Positions 21,082 to 32,324 of a stretch of DNA of 64,000 nt are shown one piece after another; the stretch's first letter is position 1, and the number at the start of each line of letters is the position of its first letter. The translations under genes were made by a program, and so were the position numbers. Location: the NCBI GenBank assembly GCA_963816975.1, contig CAWFMD010000006.1, forward strand, positions 1,595,008 through 1,659,007. The letters are read 5' to 3'. The notes under the pieces were generated by a model, which was not told where the DNA came from, did not search any database, and worked only from the letters and a program-made list of their open reading frames with translations. The DNA comes from an uncultured Solirubrobacterales bacterium (GTDB lineage Bacteria; Actinomycetota; Thermoleophilia; Solirubrobacterales; JBBDJG01).

Positions 21082-21858
21082 GTGCGGTTCGAGACGCTCG
21101 CGGCGGGTGGGTACGGCCTGCTGGAGGCCCCCTGCTGGGACGGGGACGGGGGCGTCTACTTCAGCGACGTGCTCCAGGGCGGCGTGCGCCGGTGGTCGGC
21201 GGGCGGCATCGAGGACGTGGTGCCCAAGCGGCGCGGGATCGGCGGGTTGTGCCGGCATGCGGACGGCGGATTGGTGATCAGCGGGCGCGACGTGCTGCGC
21301 GTGCACGGCGCCGAGCAGCGCGTGTTGCTGGGCGACGTGGAGGGCGTCACCGGATTCAACGACCTCGGCGTCGACCCGCAGGGGCGCGTGTACGTGGGGG
21401 CGCTGCGCTTCAAGCCGTTTGCGGGAGAGGAGCCCAAACCCGGTCAGGTGTGGAGGATCGACGCCGAGGGCGCAACGCCGGTGCTGGAGGGGATCGACTG
21501 GCCCAACGGGATCGGCTTCTCGCCCGACGGCGCCGAGATGTACGTGTGCGACTACGCCCATGGGACGGTGCGCGCGGGTGACGGCGGTACGTTCGCGCGG
21601 TCGCCGGCGGGGTCCGCGGACGGGCTGGCGGTGGACGAGACCGGTGGGGTATGGGTGGCGCTCGGCGAAGGCGGCGGCATCGCCCGGTTCGCGGCGGACG
21701 GCTCCCTCGACTCCCGCGTCGACGTGCCCGCCGATTTCGTGACGAGCCTGTGCTTCGGTGGCGACGACCTGCGCGACGTGTACGTCACGACCATGGGTGC
21801 ATTGCTGCGCGGCCGCTCCGACGTCGCCGGCCTCCCGGTTCCGGCCGCGACCGTTTAG
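21082..21858 (+). CDS. SMP-30/gluconolactonase/LRE family protein (lactonase)
   Basis: [58 protein letters not shown]. Confidence 0.9.
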   Translation: MRFETLAAGGYGLLEAPCWDGDGGVYFSDVLQGGVRRWSAGGIEDVVPKRRGIGGLCRHADGGLVISGRDVLRVHGAEQRVLLGDVEGVTGFNDLGVDPQGRVYVGALRFKPFAGEEPKPGQVWRIDAEGATPVLEGIDWPNGIGFSPDGAEMYVCDYAHGTVRAGDGGTFARSPAGSADGLAVDETGGVWVALGEGGGIARFAADGSLDSRVDVPADFVTSLCFGGDDLRDVYVTTMGALLRGRSDVAGLPVPAATV

Positions 21859-21903
21859 ATCTGTCGCAGCCGGGCACGCGGAACGCCTGAATAGACTCTG
21901 GAC

Positions 21904-24489
21904 GTGCCCCGCGAAGGATTGGACGCGCTCGAGGACCGCACCCGCTACGACCCCGCCGAGGTCGAGCCGCGCGTGCTGGAAAAGTGGCTGCAAGCCGGCT
22001 ACTTCCACGCCGATGCGCAGGGAACCGCGAGCGACAGCTACTCGATCGCGATACCGCCTCCGAACGTGACCGGCGTGCTGCACATGGGTCACGCCCTGAA
22101 CGCGGCAATCCAAGATGTCCTGATCCGCTTCAACCGGATGAGCGGGCGGCGCACCAAGTGGATCTTCGGGACCGATCACGCCGGGATCGGCACGCAGGCG
22201 CAGGTCGAGAAGGCGCTGCTCGCGGAGGGTACGAGCCGGGCGGAGTTGGGCCGCGAGGAGTTCGAGCGGCGCGTGTGGAAGTGGCGCGAGCGCTACGGCC
22301 GCGCGATCGTCGAGCAGTTCAAGCGCATCGGCGCCTCGGCGGACTACCAGGATGAGCGCTTCACGCTGGACGAGGGCTACGTCGAGGCCGTCATGAAGGT
22401 GTTCGTGGACCTGTACGACAAGGGCTACGTCTATCGCGACCGCTACATGGTGAACTGGGACCCGGGCACGCGGTCCGCGATCTCGGACCTCGAGGTGGAG
22501 GACCGCGAGGTCACCGACACCCTCTTCTACATCGACTATCCGCTCGCGGACGGCAGCGCAGTGGTGACCGTCGCCACCGTGCGGCCGGAGACGATGCTCG
22601 CGGACACCGCGGTCGCGGTGCACCCCGGTGATCAGCGCTACCGCGACATCGTCGGCAAGCAGGCGATCCTGCCCCTGGTCGGCCGCCCGCTCCAGGTCAT
22701 CGCCGACGACTACGTGAAGCCGGAGTTCGGCACAGGGGCATTGAAGATCACCCCGGGCCACGATCCCAACGACTTCGAGATCGGGCGCCGGCACGGCCTC
22801 GAGCAGGTCACGGCGATCGGCGAGGACGGCCACATGACGGAGGCGGCGGGGCGGTTCGCGGGGCTGACCGTGGACGAGGCGCGTGACGCGGTCGTCACGG
22901 CGCTGGAGCACGAGGGGCTGATCCGCAAGCGCGAGCCCTACACGCACACCGTGCCGTTCTCGCACCGGTCGGGTCAGCGCATCGAGCCGCTGATCTCGTT
23001 GCAGTGGTTCATGCGCATGGACGAGCTGGCCGGGCCGGCGATCGAGGCGGTGCGCGACGGCCGCGTGAAGTTCCATCCCGATCGCTGGGGGCGCGTGTAC
23101 CTCGACTGGCTCGAGCAGATCAGGCCGTGGTGCATCTCCCGCCAGCTGTGGTGGGGTCACCGACTGCCCGTGTGGTACTGCGACGCGTGCGACGAGACGT
23201 TCGTGAGCGTCACCGCACCGCCGCGCTGCGGCGCCTGCGATGGTGAGCTGCGGCGCGAGGAGGACGTGCTCGACACGTGGTTCTCCTCGGCCCTGTGGCC
23301 GTTCGCGACGCTCGGCTGGCCGCGCGACACACCCGCGCTCCGTGCCTTTTATCCGACGGATGCGCTCGTCACCGCGCGGGACATCATCTTCCTGTGGGTG
23401 GCGCGCATGGTGATGATGGGCCTCGAGTTCCGGGGGGATGTGCCGTTCACGGACGTCAACATCACGTCGATCATCCAGGCGCCGGACGGGCGCCGGATGT
23501 CGAAATCGCTGGGCACGGGCATCGACCCGCTCGACGAGATCGAGGCGCACGGCGCCGACGCGGTGCGGTTCGGGCTGCTCGCGATGTCGTCGTCCCAGGA
23601 CGTGCGCTACTCGCCGGAGAAGGTCCAGCAGGGCCAGCAGCTGGCGAACAAGATGTGGAACGCGTCGCGCCTGGTGCTGCTGAACGCCGCGGACGTGGAG
23701 CGCGCGCCGCGGCCCCGCACGGCCGAGGACCGCTGGATCCTGTCGCGCCTCCAGCGCGCGATCGCCCGCTGGAGAGAGCAGGTCGCCCGGTACGACTTCT
23801 CGCACGCGGCGCTCGACCTGTACGCGTTCTTCTACGGCGAATTCTGCGACTGGTATCTGGAGATGGTGAAACCGCGCCTGTACGAGCACGAGGAGGAGCT
23901 CTCCGCCACGGCGCTGTACGTGCTGGGCGAGACGCTCGCGCTTGCCCACCCGATGCTGCCGTTCGTGACCGAGGAGATCAACTCGTTCATGCCGGGCGCG
24001 GCGCGCGACCTGGCCGTCGGTCCCTTCCCGGAGCCTGACGAGCGGCTGGTGGACGAGCACGCCGAACGCGAGGTGGAGGCCGTGATCGAGACGGTGCGGC
24101 GCCTGCGCAACTACCGCGACTCGGTCGGAGCCCCGCCGTCGGCGCTGATTCCGGCGCGGCTCGTGGGCGAAGTCCACGAAGACTTCTTGGACTCCATCGG
24201 TCGCCTTGCGCGATTCGACATCACCACGGACGGTCGCGACGGTGAGGTTGTCGGCTCGATCGGGCTCGAGGGCGCGACCCTCGAGGTGCTGCCCAGCGAC
24301 ACGGTCGGTCCCGCGGAGGCGCGCGCGCGGATCGACGCCGAGCGCAACCGCCTGCGCGCCGAGGTCGAGCGCGCGCGCGGCAGGCTCGCGAACAAGGGAT
24401 TCACCGACAAGGCGCCCCCGCAGCTGGTCCAGACCGAGCGCCAGAAGCTCGAGCGCTTCGAGGCCGAGCTGGCCGAGCTCGATGAGTGA
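21904..24489 (+). CDS. valS: Valine--tRNA ligase
   Basis: PPPNVTGVLHMGHA (HIGH), WCISRQLWWGH, DVLDTWFSS, RMSKS, C-terminal coiled coil. Confidence 0.98.
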   Translation: MPREGLDALEDRTRYDPAEVEPRVLEKWLQAGYFHADAQGTASDSYSIAIPPPNVTGVLHMGHALNAAIQDVLIRFNRMSGRRTKWIFGTDHAGIGTQAQVEKALLAEGTSRAELGREEFERRVWKWRERYGRAIVEQFKRIGASADYQDERFTLDEGYVEAVMKVFVDLYDKGYVYRDRYMVNWDPGTRSAISDLEVEDREVTDTLFYIDYPLADGSAVVTVATVRPETMLADTAVAVHPGDQRYRDIVGKQAILPLVGRPLQVIADDYVKPEFGTGALKITPGHDPNDFEIGRRHGLEQVTAIGEDGHMTEAAGRFAGLTVDEARDAVVTALEHEGLIRKREPYTHTVPFSHRSGQRIEPLISLQWFMRMDELAGPAIEAVRDGRVKFHPDRWGRVYLDWLEQIRPWCISRQLWWGHRLPVWYCDACDETFVSVTAPPRCGACDGELRREEDVLDTWFSSALWPFATLGWPRDTPALRAFYPTDALVTARDIIFLWVARMVMMGLEFRGDVPFTDVNITSIIQAPDGRRMSKSLGTGIDPLDEIEAHGADAVRFGLLAMSSSQDVRYSPEKVQQGQQLANKMWNASRLVLLNAADVERAPRPRTAEDRWILSRLQRAIARWREQVARYDFSHAALDLYAFFYGEFCDWYLEMVKPRLYEHEEELSATALYVLGETLALAHPMLPFVTEEINSFMPGAARDLAVGPFPEPDERLVDEHAEREVEAVIETVRRLRNYRDSVGAPPSALIPARLVGEVHEDFLDSIGRLARFDITTDGRDGEVVGSIGLEGATLEVLPSDTVGPAEARARIDAERNRLRAEVERARGRLANKGFTDKAPPQLVQTERQKLERFEAELAELDE

Positions 24490-25784
24490 CCCTGGTCCTG
24501 CTGCCGAAGGGCCGCCGGTGCGCGCGATGCCGGTTCCGGTCGCGAGCGCGCTGCGCGACGCCGAGCGCTACCTCGACTCGCTCGAGATGTTCGGAATGCG
24601 CTTCGGGCTGGAGCGCATGCGGAGGTTGATGACAGTGCTCGACTCCCCAGCACGAGCGCTTCCGCGCGATCCACGTGCTGGGCTCGAACGGCAAGTCGTC
24701 GACGGTCAGGATGATCGCCGCGCTGCTCGAGCGCCACGGACTGCGCACCGGCGCCTACCTGTCTCCTCACCTGACGTCCTGGGCCGAGCGCGTCCAGGTG
24801 GGCGGCCGTCCCGTCCCCGACGAGCGCTTCGCGGCGGCGATCGCGCGCGTGAGGGAGGCCGCCGCGCTCGTCGACCGCACGCTGGACGCCGGCGACCGCG
24901 TGACGCAGTTCGAGGCACTGACGGCGGCCGCCTACCGGGAGCTTGCCGGCGCGCGCGTCGAGGTGGCGGCGGTCGAGGCGGGTCTCGGCGGCCGCTACGA
25001 CGCGACCAGCGTGATCCGCTCCTCGGTGCAGGTCCTCACCAACGTCAGCCTCGAGCACACGCGCTGGCTGGGCCCGACCGAGACCCACATCGCGCAGGAG
25101 AAGCTTGCGGTCGTGCGGGAGGGGGGTGTGGTCGTCGCCGGTCCGCTGGGCGCGGAGCCGCTGGCCGTCGCGGAGCGCGTGGCGCGGGAGCGTGGCGCGC
25201 GGCTGCTGCTGCTGGGCCGCGACTTCGGCGACCCCGGCGTGCCGCTGCATCCGCGGGGCGCGTTCCAACGTGAGAACTTCGCGGTCGCCGTGGCCGCGGC
25301 GGAGGCGTTCCACGGGCCGCTCGACCCGGTGCACGTCCGCGCCGCGGCGCAGTCGGTGCGCACGCCAGGGCGCCTCGAGGTCGTCGCGCGCGACCCGCTC
25401 ACGATTCTCGACGGTGCGCACAACCCCGCCGGAGCGCGAGCGCTCGCGGCGGCCCTCGGCGACGTCACCGAGGGCCGCCGGGCGGTGGGGGTGATGTCGG
25501 TGCTCGACGACAAGGACGCGTCCACCATGCTGTCGATCCTGCTGCCGCTCTTCGGAGCTGTCGTCTTCACGCGTTCGTCGCGTCGCGGAGCGCTCCCGGC
25601 GGCGACGCTGGAGAGCCTTGCGCGCCAGCACGGGGGCCACGAGGTGCAGGTCGAGCCGTCGGCAGCCACGGCGCTCGCGCGTGCGCGCGAGCTGGCCGGC
25701 CCCGCAGGCGCGGTGGTCGTGACCGGCTCGATCTACCTGCTGTCGGACCTCGCGCGCGGCGGCGCGCCTGCGGAGCGGGAGTGA
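24482..25784 (+). CDS. folC: Folylpolyglutamate synthase/dihydrofolate synthase, +1 base near 24649
   Basis: GMRFGLERM, then IHVLGSNGKSS, EAGLGGRYDAT, PGRLE, LDGAHNP, VTGSIYL. Removing one A near 24649 restores DSPHERFRAIH. Confidence 0.93.
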
Positions 25785-25885
25785 CCCAGCATGCACGCAT
25801 GCTGGGGTTCGTGGCGTTGGTCGTGGCCGTCGTGATCCTCGTGTTCTTCGCCCTGGGATACGGCCTGGGGAGGCTGCTGCTCTAG
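25781..25885 (+). CDS. Small single-pass membrane protein (34 aa; alternative ATG 25799 gives 28 aa), absent from ORF track
   Basis: MTQHARMLGFVALVVAVVILVFFALGYGLGRLLL*. GTGA overlap with folC stop; GC3-rich codons. Confidence 0.6.
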   Translation: MTQHARMLGFVALVVAVVILVFFALGYGLGRLLL

Positions 25886-25971
25886 GTCCCGCGGACAGGC
25901 TCCGGAATTGGGCGGCCACCCGCTCGGGTACCCTTGTGCTCGCTGGGAATTTCCAGCCACGACCCATCGCA

Positions 25972-26622
25972 ATGACGCTCGCCCTCTTCGGCATCGAGAA
26001 CGACGGCCTCAACCTGGTCGTCAACCTGCTCGTCTTCTTCCTGGTCGTGATCTGGGTCGCGCTCGTGTACTGGACCTACTCCGACGCGACCAGGCGCCTC
26101 GACGACCCGATGCTCGTGGCGTCTGCGACCGGCGCGTCGCTGTTTCCGTTCATCGGCACCATCGTCTACACGATCGTGCGCCCTCCCGAGTACCTGGAGG
26201 ACCGCCACGAGCGCGGCCTGGAGATCAAGGCGGCCGAGAAGCGACTGGCGCTGCTCGAGAACCGCACGTGCAGCAACTGCGGCGCCGAGGTCGACGCCAG
26301 CTACCTGCGCTGCCCCAGCTGCACCCGCAAGCTGAAGGAGCCGTGCGCGAGCTGCGGCAAGCCGCTCGACCCGCGCTGGCGCGTGTGCCCCTTCTGCGAG
26401 GCGGAGGTCGCGGCACCGGTGCGTCCCGCCGCCGAGCCACGCGCGGGACGCCGCCAGGAAGCGCGCACCGAGGCGGGCAAGCGGGCGGCGGAGCGCAACG
26501 AGCGTCGCGATCGCCAGGTCGACCGGGAGCGCCCGCGCGAGCGCGAGCGGCCACCGGACCGCGACGGCGCCCGCGTGGAGACGGCCCAGCGCACGCCGTT
26601 GCAGCCGCCCCCCAACCGGTAA
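25972..26622 (+). CDS. Membrane-anchored double zinc-ribbon protein
   Basis: Two or three TM segments, then CSNC..CPSC..CASC..CPFC, then a charged low-complexity tail. Confidence 0.85.
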   Translation: MTLALFGIENDGLNLVVNLLVFFLVVIWVALVYWTYSDATRRLDDPMLVASATGASLFPFIGTIVYTIVRPPEYLEDRHERGLEIKAAEKRLALLENRTCSNCGAEVDASYLRCPSCTRKLKEPCASCGKPLDPRWRVCPFCEAEVAAPVRPAAEPRAGRRQEARTEAGKRAAERNERRDRQVDRERPRERERPPDRDGARVETAQRTPLQPPPNR

Positions 26623-26659
26623 GGTCCCGCGGCCTGCCAACCGCCCACCCGCCGACTGA

Positions 26660-27073
26660 ATGTCTCGCACTCTGATCCTGGTCAAGCCCGACGCCTTCGC
26701 CCGCAGCCTCACGGGCGAGGTGATCGCGCGGTTCGAGCGCAAGGGCCTGCGCATCGCGGCGCTGAAGCTCATGCGGGTCGAGCGCGCGCTCGCGGAGCAG
26801 CATTACGACGAGCACAAGGGCAAGCCGTTCTTCGGCGAGCTGATCGAGTTCATCACGGGCGGACCGCTCGTCGCGCTCGTGCTCGAGGGTGAGGACGCCG
26901 TGCCCGCGGCGCGCTCGCTGATCGGCGCAACGAATCCCATCGAGGCCACGCCCGGCTCGATCCGCGGCGACTTCGCGCTCGAGGTCACCTACAACCTGGT
27001 GCATGGTTCCGACGCCGACGACACCGCGGAGCGGGAGATCGGCCTGTGGTTCCCGGAGCTTGCCGGGCCCTAG
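26660..27073 (+). CDS. ndk: Nucleoside diphosphate kinase
   Basis: [25 protein letters not shown]. Confidence 0.97.
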   Translation: MSRTLILVKPDAFARSLTGEVIARFERKGLRIAALKLMRVERALAEQHYDEHKGKPFFGELIEFITGGPLVALVLEGEDAVPAARSLIGATNPIEATPGSIRGDFALEVTYNLVHGSDADDTAEREIGLWFPELAGP

Positions 27074-27623
27074 GCTGGTACTCGCCTCCCGCTCCCCCCA
27101 GCGGCGGGCGATCCTGGAGCAGCTGGGCATCCCGTTCGACGTCGTGCCCGCGGACGTCGCGGAGGACACGGTCGGCGATCCGGCCGACGTCGTGCTCCGC
27201 AACGCGCGGCGCAAGGCGCGGGCGGTCTCCGGAGCGGTGGTGCTGGGCGTCGACACCGAGGTCTATCTCGACGGCCGGCTGTTCGGCAAGCCGGCCGACG
27301 AGCGCCAGGCCCGCCGCTGCCTCGAGCTGCTGTCGGGCCGCACGCACGAGGTGTTCAGCGGGCTGGTCCTGATCCGCGACGGCGCCGAGATCAGTGGCGT
27401 GGCGCACACGCGGGTGACCTTCCGGGCCCTCGGGAGCGACCTGATCGACTGGTACGTGGCCAGTGGGGAATGGCGGGAACGGGCGGGGGGCTATGCCGTC
27501 CAGCAGCGCGGCGCAGCGCTGGTCGCGTCCATAGATGGTGACTTTTGGAACGTGGTCGGGCTCCCCACGGCCCTGCTGCTGGAGCTCGCACCTGGGCTGC
27601 TCGACAGCCCCCTCGATATGTGA
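27060..27623 (+). CDS. maf: Maf family nucleoside triphosphate pyrophosphatase
   Basis: [22 protein letters not shown]-like [14 protein letters not shown]. Confidence 0.92.
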   Translation: MPGPRLVLASRSPQRRAILEQLGIPFDVVPADVAEDTVGDPADVVLRNARRKARAVSGAVVLGVDTEVYLDGRLFGKPADERQARRCLELLSGRTHEVFSGLVLIRDGAEISGVAHTRVTFRALGSDLIDWYVASGEWRERAGGYAVQQRGAALVASIDGDFWNVVGLPTALLLELAPGLLDSPLDM

Positions 27624-27737
27624 TCTTCCTGCAAGACGAGCGCCACGCAGCGGACTCCCCCAGCCCGTCCGGTACTATTCGCCGCTGCGGACGCGCCCCG
27701 CTGGCGGAGGCCAAGGTCTCCCTGCGACCAGGCGTAA

Positions 27738-28856
<1,119 letters not shown>

Positions 28857-28946
28857 GGTTCCCGGTGGGTGGAGGAATGCGCGGGCAATGAGGTCCGGGA
28901 TGGGCAAGATCATTGACCACACAGCAAGCTTGAAGAGGACTTTCCC

Positions 28947-29831
28947 TTGTACAAGAAGTCGGTTCGCAGGCGACGAGCGGTCCTGGCGCTGCTCGTCAGC
29001 CTCTCCATAGCCCTACTGACGATCTACTTCGGCGAATCCGCCTCTGGCGGACTGCATTCGGTCCAACGGGGCTTCCTCGAGGTGATGGCGCCGCTCCAGG
29101 AGGGCGCCAGCCGCGCCTTGAAGCCGGCCAGCGACCTGGTGGAGTGGACGGGCGACGTGTTCGACGCCAAGTCGCAGAACGAGGACCTGAAGAGCCAGAA
29201 CGACAAGCTGCGGCGCGAGCTGGCGGCGGCGCAGACGGCCGCGCGCGACGTGCGCCAGCTGCGCGGGCTGGTCGGGTTCAACCAGTCCGCGAGCTTTCCG
29301 GAGGGTCACGATCCGGTGCCCGCGCGTGTGATCGGCCGCTCGCCCACCGTGTGGTACTCCGCGATCACGATCGACAAGGGCTCCGACCAGGGGGTGCGCG
29401 ACGACCAGCCCGTCGTGAGCGGCGCCGGCCTCGTCGGGCGTGTGTCCGACGTGGCACCCGACGCGGCCCGCGTGACGCTGATCACCGACCACACGAGCGG
29501 CGTGTCCGCGCAGCTCGTGCCGGACGGCCCGAACGGCCTCGTGAAGGCCACGGTCGGCAACCCGAACGACCTGATCCTCGACTTCGTGCAGAAGGGGCGC
29601 GCCGTGCGCAAGGGCGCGACCGTCGTCACTTCCGGCTGGCGCTCGTCCCGGCTCGAGTCGCTGTTCCCGCGCGGCATTCCGATCGGGCGCGTCTCACGCG
29701 TGGACTCCGACGAGCGCGAGCTGTATCAGCGCGTACACCTGCGGCCGTTCGCGGACCTGCGCGAGCTCGACGTGGTCGAGGTCCTGACCCGCGACTCGGG
29801 CGCGGTACAGAACGCCCAGGCAGGACCGTGA
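28947..29831 (+). CDS. mreC: Rod shape-determining protein MreC
   Basis: N-terminal TM, coiled coil, ITIDKGS..GV, GLVGRV, VVTSG, FPRGIPIGRV. Confidence 0.95.
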   Translation: MYKKSVRRRRAVLALLVSLSIALLTIYFGESASGGLHSVQRGFLEVMAPLQEGASRALKPASDLVEWTGDVFDAKSQNEDLKSQNDKLRRELAAAQTAARDVRQLRGLVGFNQSASFPEGHDPVPARVIGRSPTVWYSAITIDKGSDQGVRDDQPVVSGAGLVGRVSDVAPDAARVTLITDHTSGVSAQLVPDGPNGLVKATVGNPNDLILDFVQKGRAVRKGATVVTSGWRSSRLESLFPRGIPIGRVSRVDSDERELYQRVHLRPFADLRELDVVEVLTRDSGAVQNAQAGP

Positions 29832-29838
29832 CGGCGCG

Positions 29839-30396
29839 GTGAACGTCACGTGGGGAACCGTGGTCCGCCTCACCGTCCTGGTGATCGCGGTGGTCGTGCT
29901 GCAGCTTGCCGTGGTGGCGCAGATCTCCGTGTTCGACGCCAGCCCGGACCTGCTGCCGCTGGTGGCGCTCTCGATCGGGCTGCTGGCCGGCCCGGTCGCC
30001 GGTGCGACCGTCGGCTTCCTGCTCGGGCTCGTCGCCGACATGGCCCTGCTCCAGACCCTGGGGGTCAGCTCGCTGCTGCTGATCGGCGTGGGCTACATGG
30101 CCGGCCGCTTCCGCGAGATGCGCGACGCCACCCACAAGCTGGTCCCGCCGATCGGCGGCTTCCTCGCAACCCTGGGTTTCGACGCGGGGTTCGCGCTGGT
30201 GCAGTTCCTGCTGGGGGTCGACTCCTCCGTGAGCCCGCTCGTGATCCGGGAGGCGCTGGTCAGCGCGGTGATCAACGGGCTGCTCGTGATCCCGGTGTTC
30301 GCCGCGGTGCGCGCGCTGCTGCGCTCGGACCTGATCGACGACCTGCGACCGCGGCGCCGGCCGGTCACCCGCACGAGGGTGCTCTCGCAGAGCTAG
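29839..30396 (+). CDS. mreD: Rod shape-determining protein MreD
   Basis: Polytopic membrane protein with PDLL and GFLLGLVAD, between mreC and the PBP2 gene. Confidence 0.92.
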   Translation: MNVTWGTVVRLTVLVIAVVVLQLAVVAQISVFDASPDLLPLVALSIGLLAGPVAGATVGFLLGLVADMALLQTLGVSSLLLIGVGYMAGRFREMRDATHKLVPPIGGFLATLGFDAGFALVQFLLGVDSSVSPLVIREALVSAVINGLLVIPVFAAVRALLRSDLIDDLRPRRRPVTRTRVLSQS

Positions 30397-30442
30397 TGGC
30401 CGGCACCGCGAACAACCGCGCCCGTACCGGGGGCCACTGACC

Positions 30443-32314
30443 GTGTACCTGCCGCAGGGCGACAAGCGCATGGTGGTCACGCCGCAGCTCGCGCTGCGCG
30501 TGGCGATCCTGGGCGGGATCGCGCTGGTGCTGTTCGCCGTGATCTTCTTCCGGCTGTGGTACCTGCAGGTGCTGTCGGGCGACAAGTACCTCGCCGAGGC
30601 CAACGACAATCGCGTCCGCGAGGTGAAGGTCGAGGCGCCCCGCGGGCGGATCGTCGATCGCAGCGGGAAGCTGCTGGTGGACAACCGCACTGCACTGGTC
30701 GTGCAGGTGCTGCCCGAACGGCTCCCCGATCAGCGAGTGCGGCGCGGCCGCGTGTACCGCCGGCTCGGCCATGCGCTGGACAGGTCGCCGCGCGCGATCC
30801 GGCGCACGATCCGGCGGGAGGTGAAGGAGCTGCCCTTCAGCCCGGTCACGCTCAAGACCGACGTCGGCCTCACCACGGTCCTGTATCTGCAGGAGAACCA
30901 GGCCCGCTTCCCGGGCGTCGAGGTCGAGCGCGTGTTCCTGCGCAAATACCCGCACCACGAGGTCGGCGCGCACCTGTTCGGCACGATCGGCGAGGTCACC
31001 CAGAAGCAGCTCGACCTGCCGCGCTACTCCGACGTGGCGCTCGGCGACCGCGTTGGGCAGTCCGGAGTCGAGCTCCAGTACGACCGCTACCTGCGCGGTC
31101 GCAACGGCGCCAGCCGCGTGCAGGTCGACGCGATGGGCCGGCCCAAGGGAGAGCTGTCCGTGCGCGACCCCGAACCCGGCAAGACGCTGCGCCTGTCGAT
31201 CGACTTCGACGTGCAGAAGACCGGCCAGGCCGCGCTCGGCCGCTACGGCCTGCCCGGGGGTTTCGTGGCGATGGACCCGCGCAGCGGCGAGGTGATCGGG
31301 CTCGGATCAAACCCGGAGTACGACCCCAACGTGTTCGCGAAGGGGGTGCGCGCCTCCGTCTACAAGCGTCTCCAGGACCCCGACAACGGCGCGCCGCTCG
31401 CCAACCGCGCGACCCAGGGTCTTTATCCGACGGGGTCCACGTTCAAGCTGATCACCGCGACGGCGGCGCTCGAGAGCGGGCTGATCACTCCCTCGTCGGT
31501 GTTGTTCGACGGCGGCTCGCTGACCGTCGGCGGGGTCACCTTCAAGAACGCGGGAGACGTGTCGCACGGTGCGCTGGCGCTCCCGCGGGCGCTGCAGGTC
31601 TCCTCCGACGTGTTCTTCTACCGCGTCGGCCTGATGGCCGACCAGCGCGGCGGTGAGGTGATCCAGAAATGGGCCCGCCGCCTCGGCCTCGGGCGCCCCA
31701 CCGGGATCGACCTGCCGGGTGAGGGTGCGGGCCTGGTGCCCACGCCCGAGTGGCGCAACCGCCTGTTCCGGCGCAACCTCACCGACCGTCCCTGGACCCC
31801 GGGCGACAACATCAACCTCGCCGTCGGCCAGGGCGACCTGCAGGCGAACCCGTTGCAGATGGCGGTCGCCTACAGCGCGGTCGCCAACGGCGGCCGGATC
31901 GTGACGCCGCACATCGGTCTGCGCGTGGAGGACAGCGACGGGCGCATCCTGCAGCAGATCGAGCCCGGCGCGCGCCGCCGCGCCGGCCTATCGTCCTCGA
32001 CGCGGGCGGCCATCATGCAGGGCCTGCGGGCCGCGGCGAACGACCCGGGCGGCACTTCGACGGGCGTCTTTGCGGGATTTCCGATCACGGTCGCCGGTAA
32101 GACGGGGACCGCGGAGCGCGGCGCCCAGGGCGACCAGTCGTGGTACGTCGTGGCTGCACCGGCGAACGACCCGCGGATCGTGCTGGCCGTGACGATCGAG
32201 CGAGGCGGCTTCGGCGCCGAGGCGGCAGCGCCGGCGGCGCGCCGGATCCTGGCCGCCTATTTCGGGATCAAGGGCAAGAAGGCCATCGGCGAGGCGGGGA
32301 GCGCACCGGACTAG
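30443..32314 (+). CDS. mrdA: Penicillin-binding protein 2
   Basis: APRGRIVDR, PTGSTFK (SxxK), SSD (SxN-like), AGKTGTAE (KTG). Confidence 0.96.
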   Translation: MYLPQGDKRMVVTPQLALRVAILGGIALVLFAVIFFRLWYLQVLSGDKYLAEANDNRVREVKVEAPRGRIVDRSGKLLVDNRTALVVQVLPERLPDQRVRRGRVYRRLGHALDRSPRAIRRTIRREVKELPFSPVTLKTDVGLTTVLYLQENQARFPGVEVERVFLRKYPHHEVGAHLFGTIGEVTQKQLDLPRYSDVALGDRVGQSGVELQYDRYLRGRNGASRVQVDAMGRPKGELSVRDPEPGKTLRLSIDFDVQKTGQAALGRYGLPGGFVAMDPRSGEVIGLGSNPEYDPNVFAKGVRASVYKRLQDPDNGAPLANRATQGLYPTGSTFKLITATAALESGLITPSSVLFDGGSLTVGGVTFKNAGDVSHGALALPRALQVSSDVFFYRVGLMADQRGGEVIQKWARRLGLGRPTGIDLPGEGAGLVPTPEWRNRLFRRNLTDRPWTPGDNINLAVGQGDLQANPLQMAVAYSAVANGGRIVTPHIGLRVEDSDGRILQQIEPGARRRAGLSSSTRAAIMQGLRAAANDPGGTSTGVFAGFPITVAGKTGTAERGAQGDQSWYVVAAPANDPRIVLAVTIERGGFGAEAAAPAARRILAAYFGIKGKKAIGEAGSAPD

Positions 32315-32324
32315 TGAGCCACCG

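Noticed and set aside
19639-21858. 739-aa ALDH-lactonase fusion shown in the ORF track
   Set aside because: The normal ALDH C-terminus ([11 protein letters not shown]) sits in the adjacent frame after TATCCTCCAG, and the lactonase has its own GTG 5 nt after that stop. One extra C near 21050 explains the fusion.
21859-21903. T-box leaders for valS or leuS
   Set aside because: valS has only a 45-nt intergenic gap. The gap before leuS (47767-47917) shows no T-box consensus or terminator/antiterminator.
19186-24177. Very long antisense ORFs (e.g. 1663 aa here; also 36314-38890 and 47801-50446)
   Set aside because: Shadow ORFs opposite genuine genes, expected from high GC3 and the scarcity of stop codons. 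They show no recognisable motifs.
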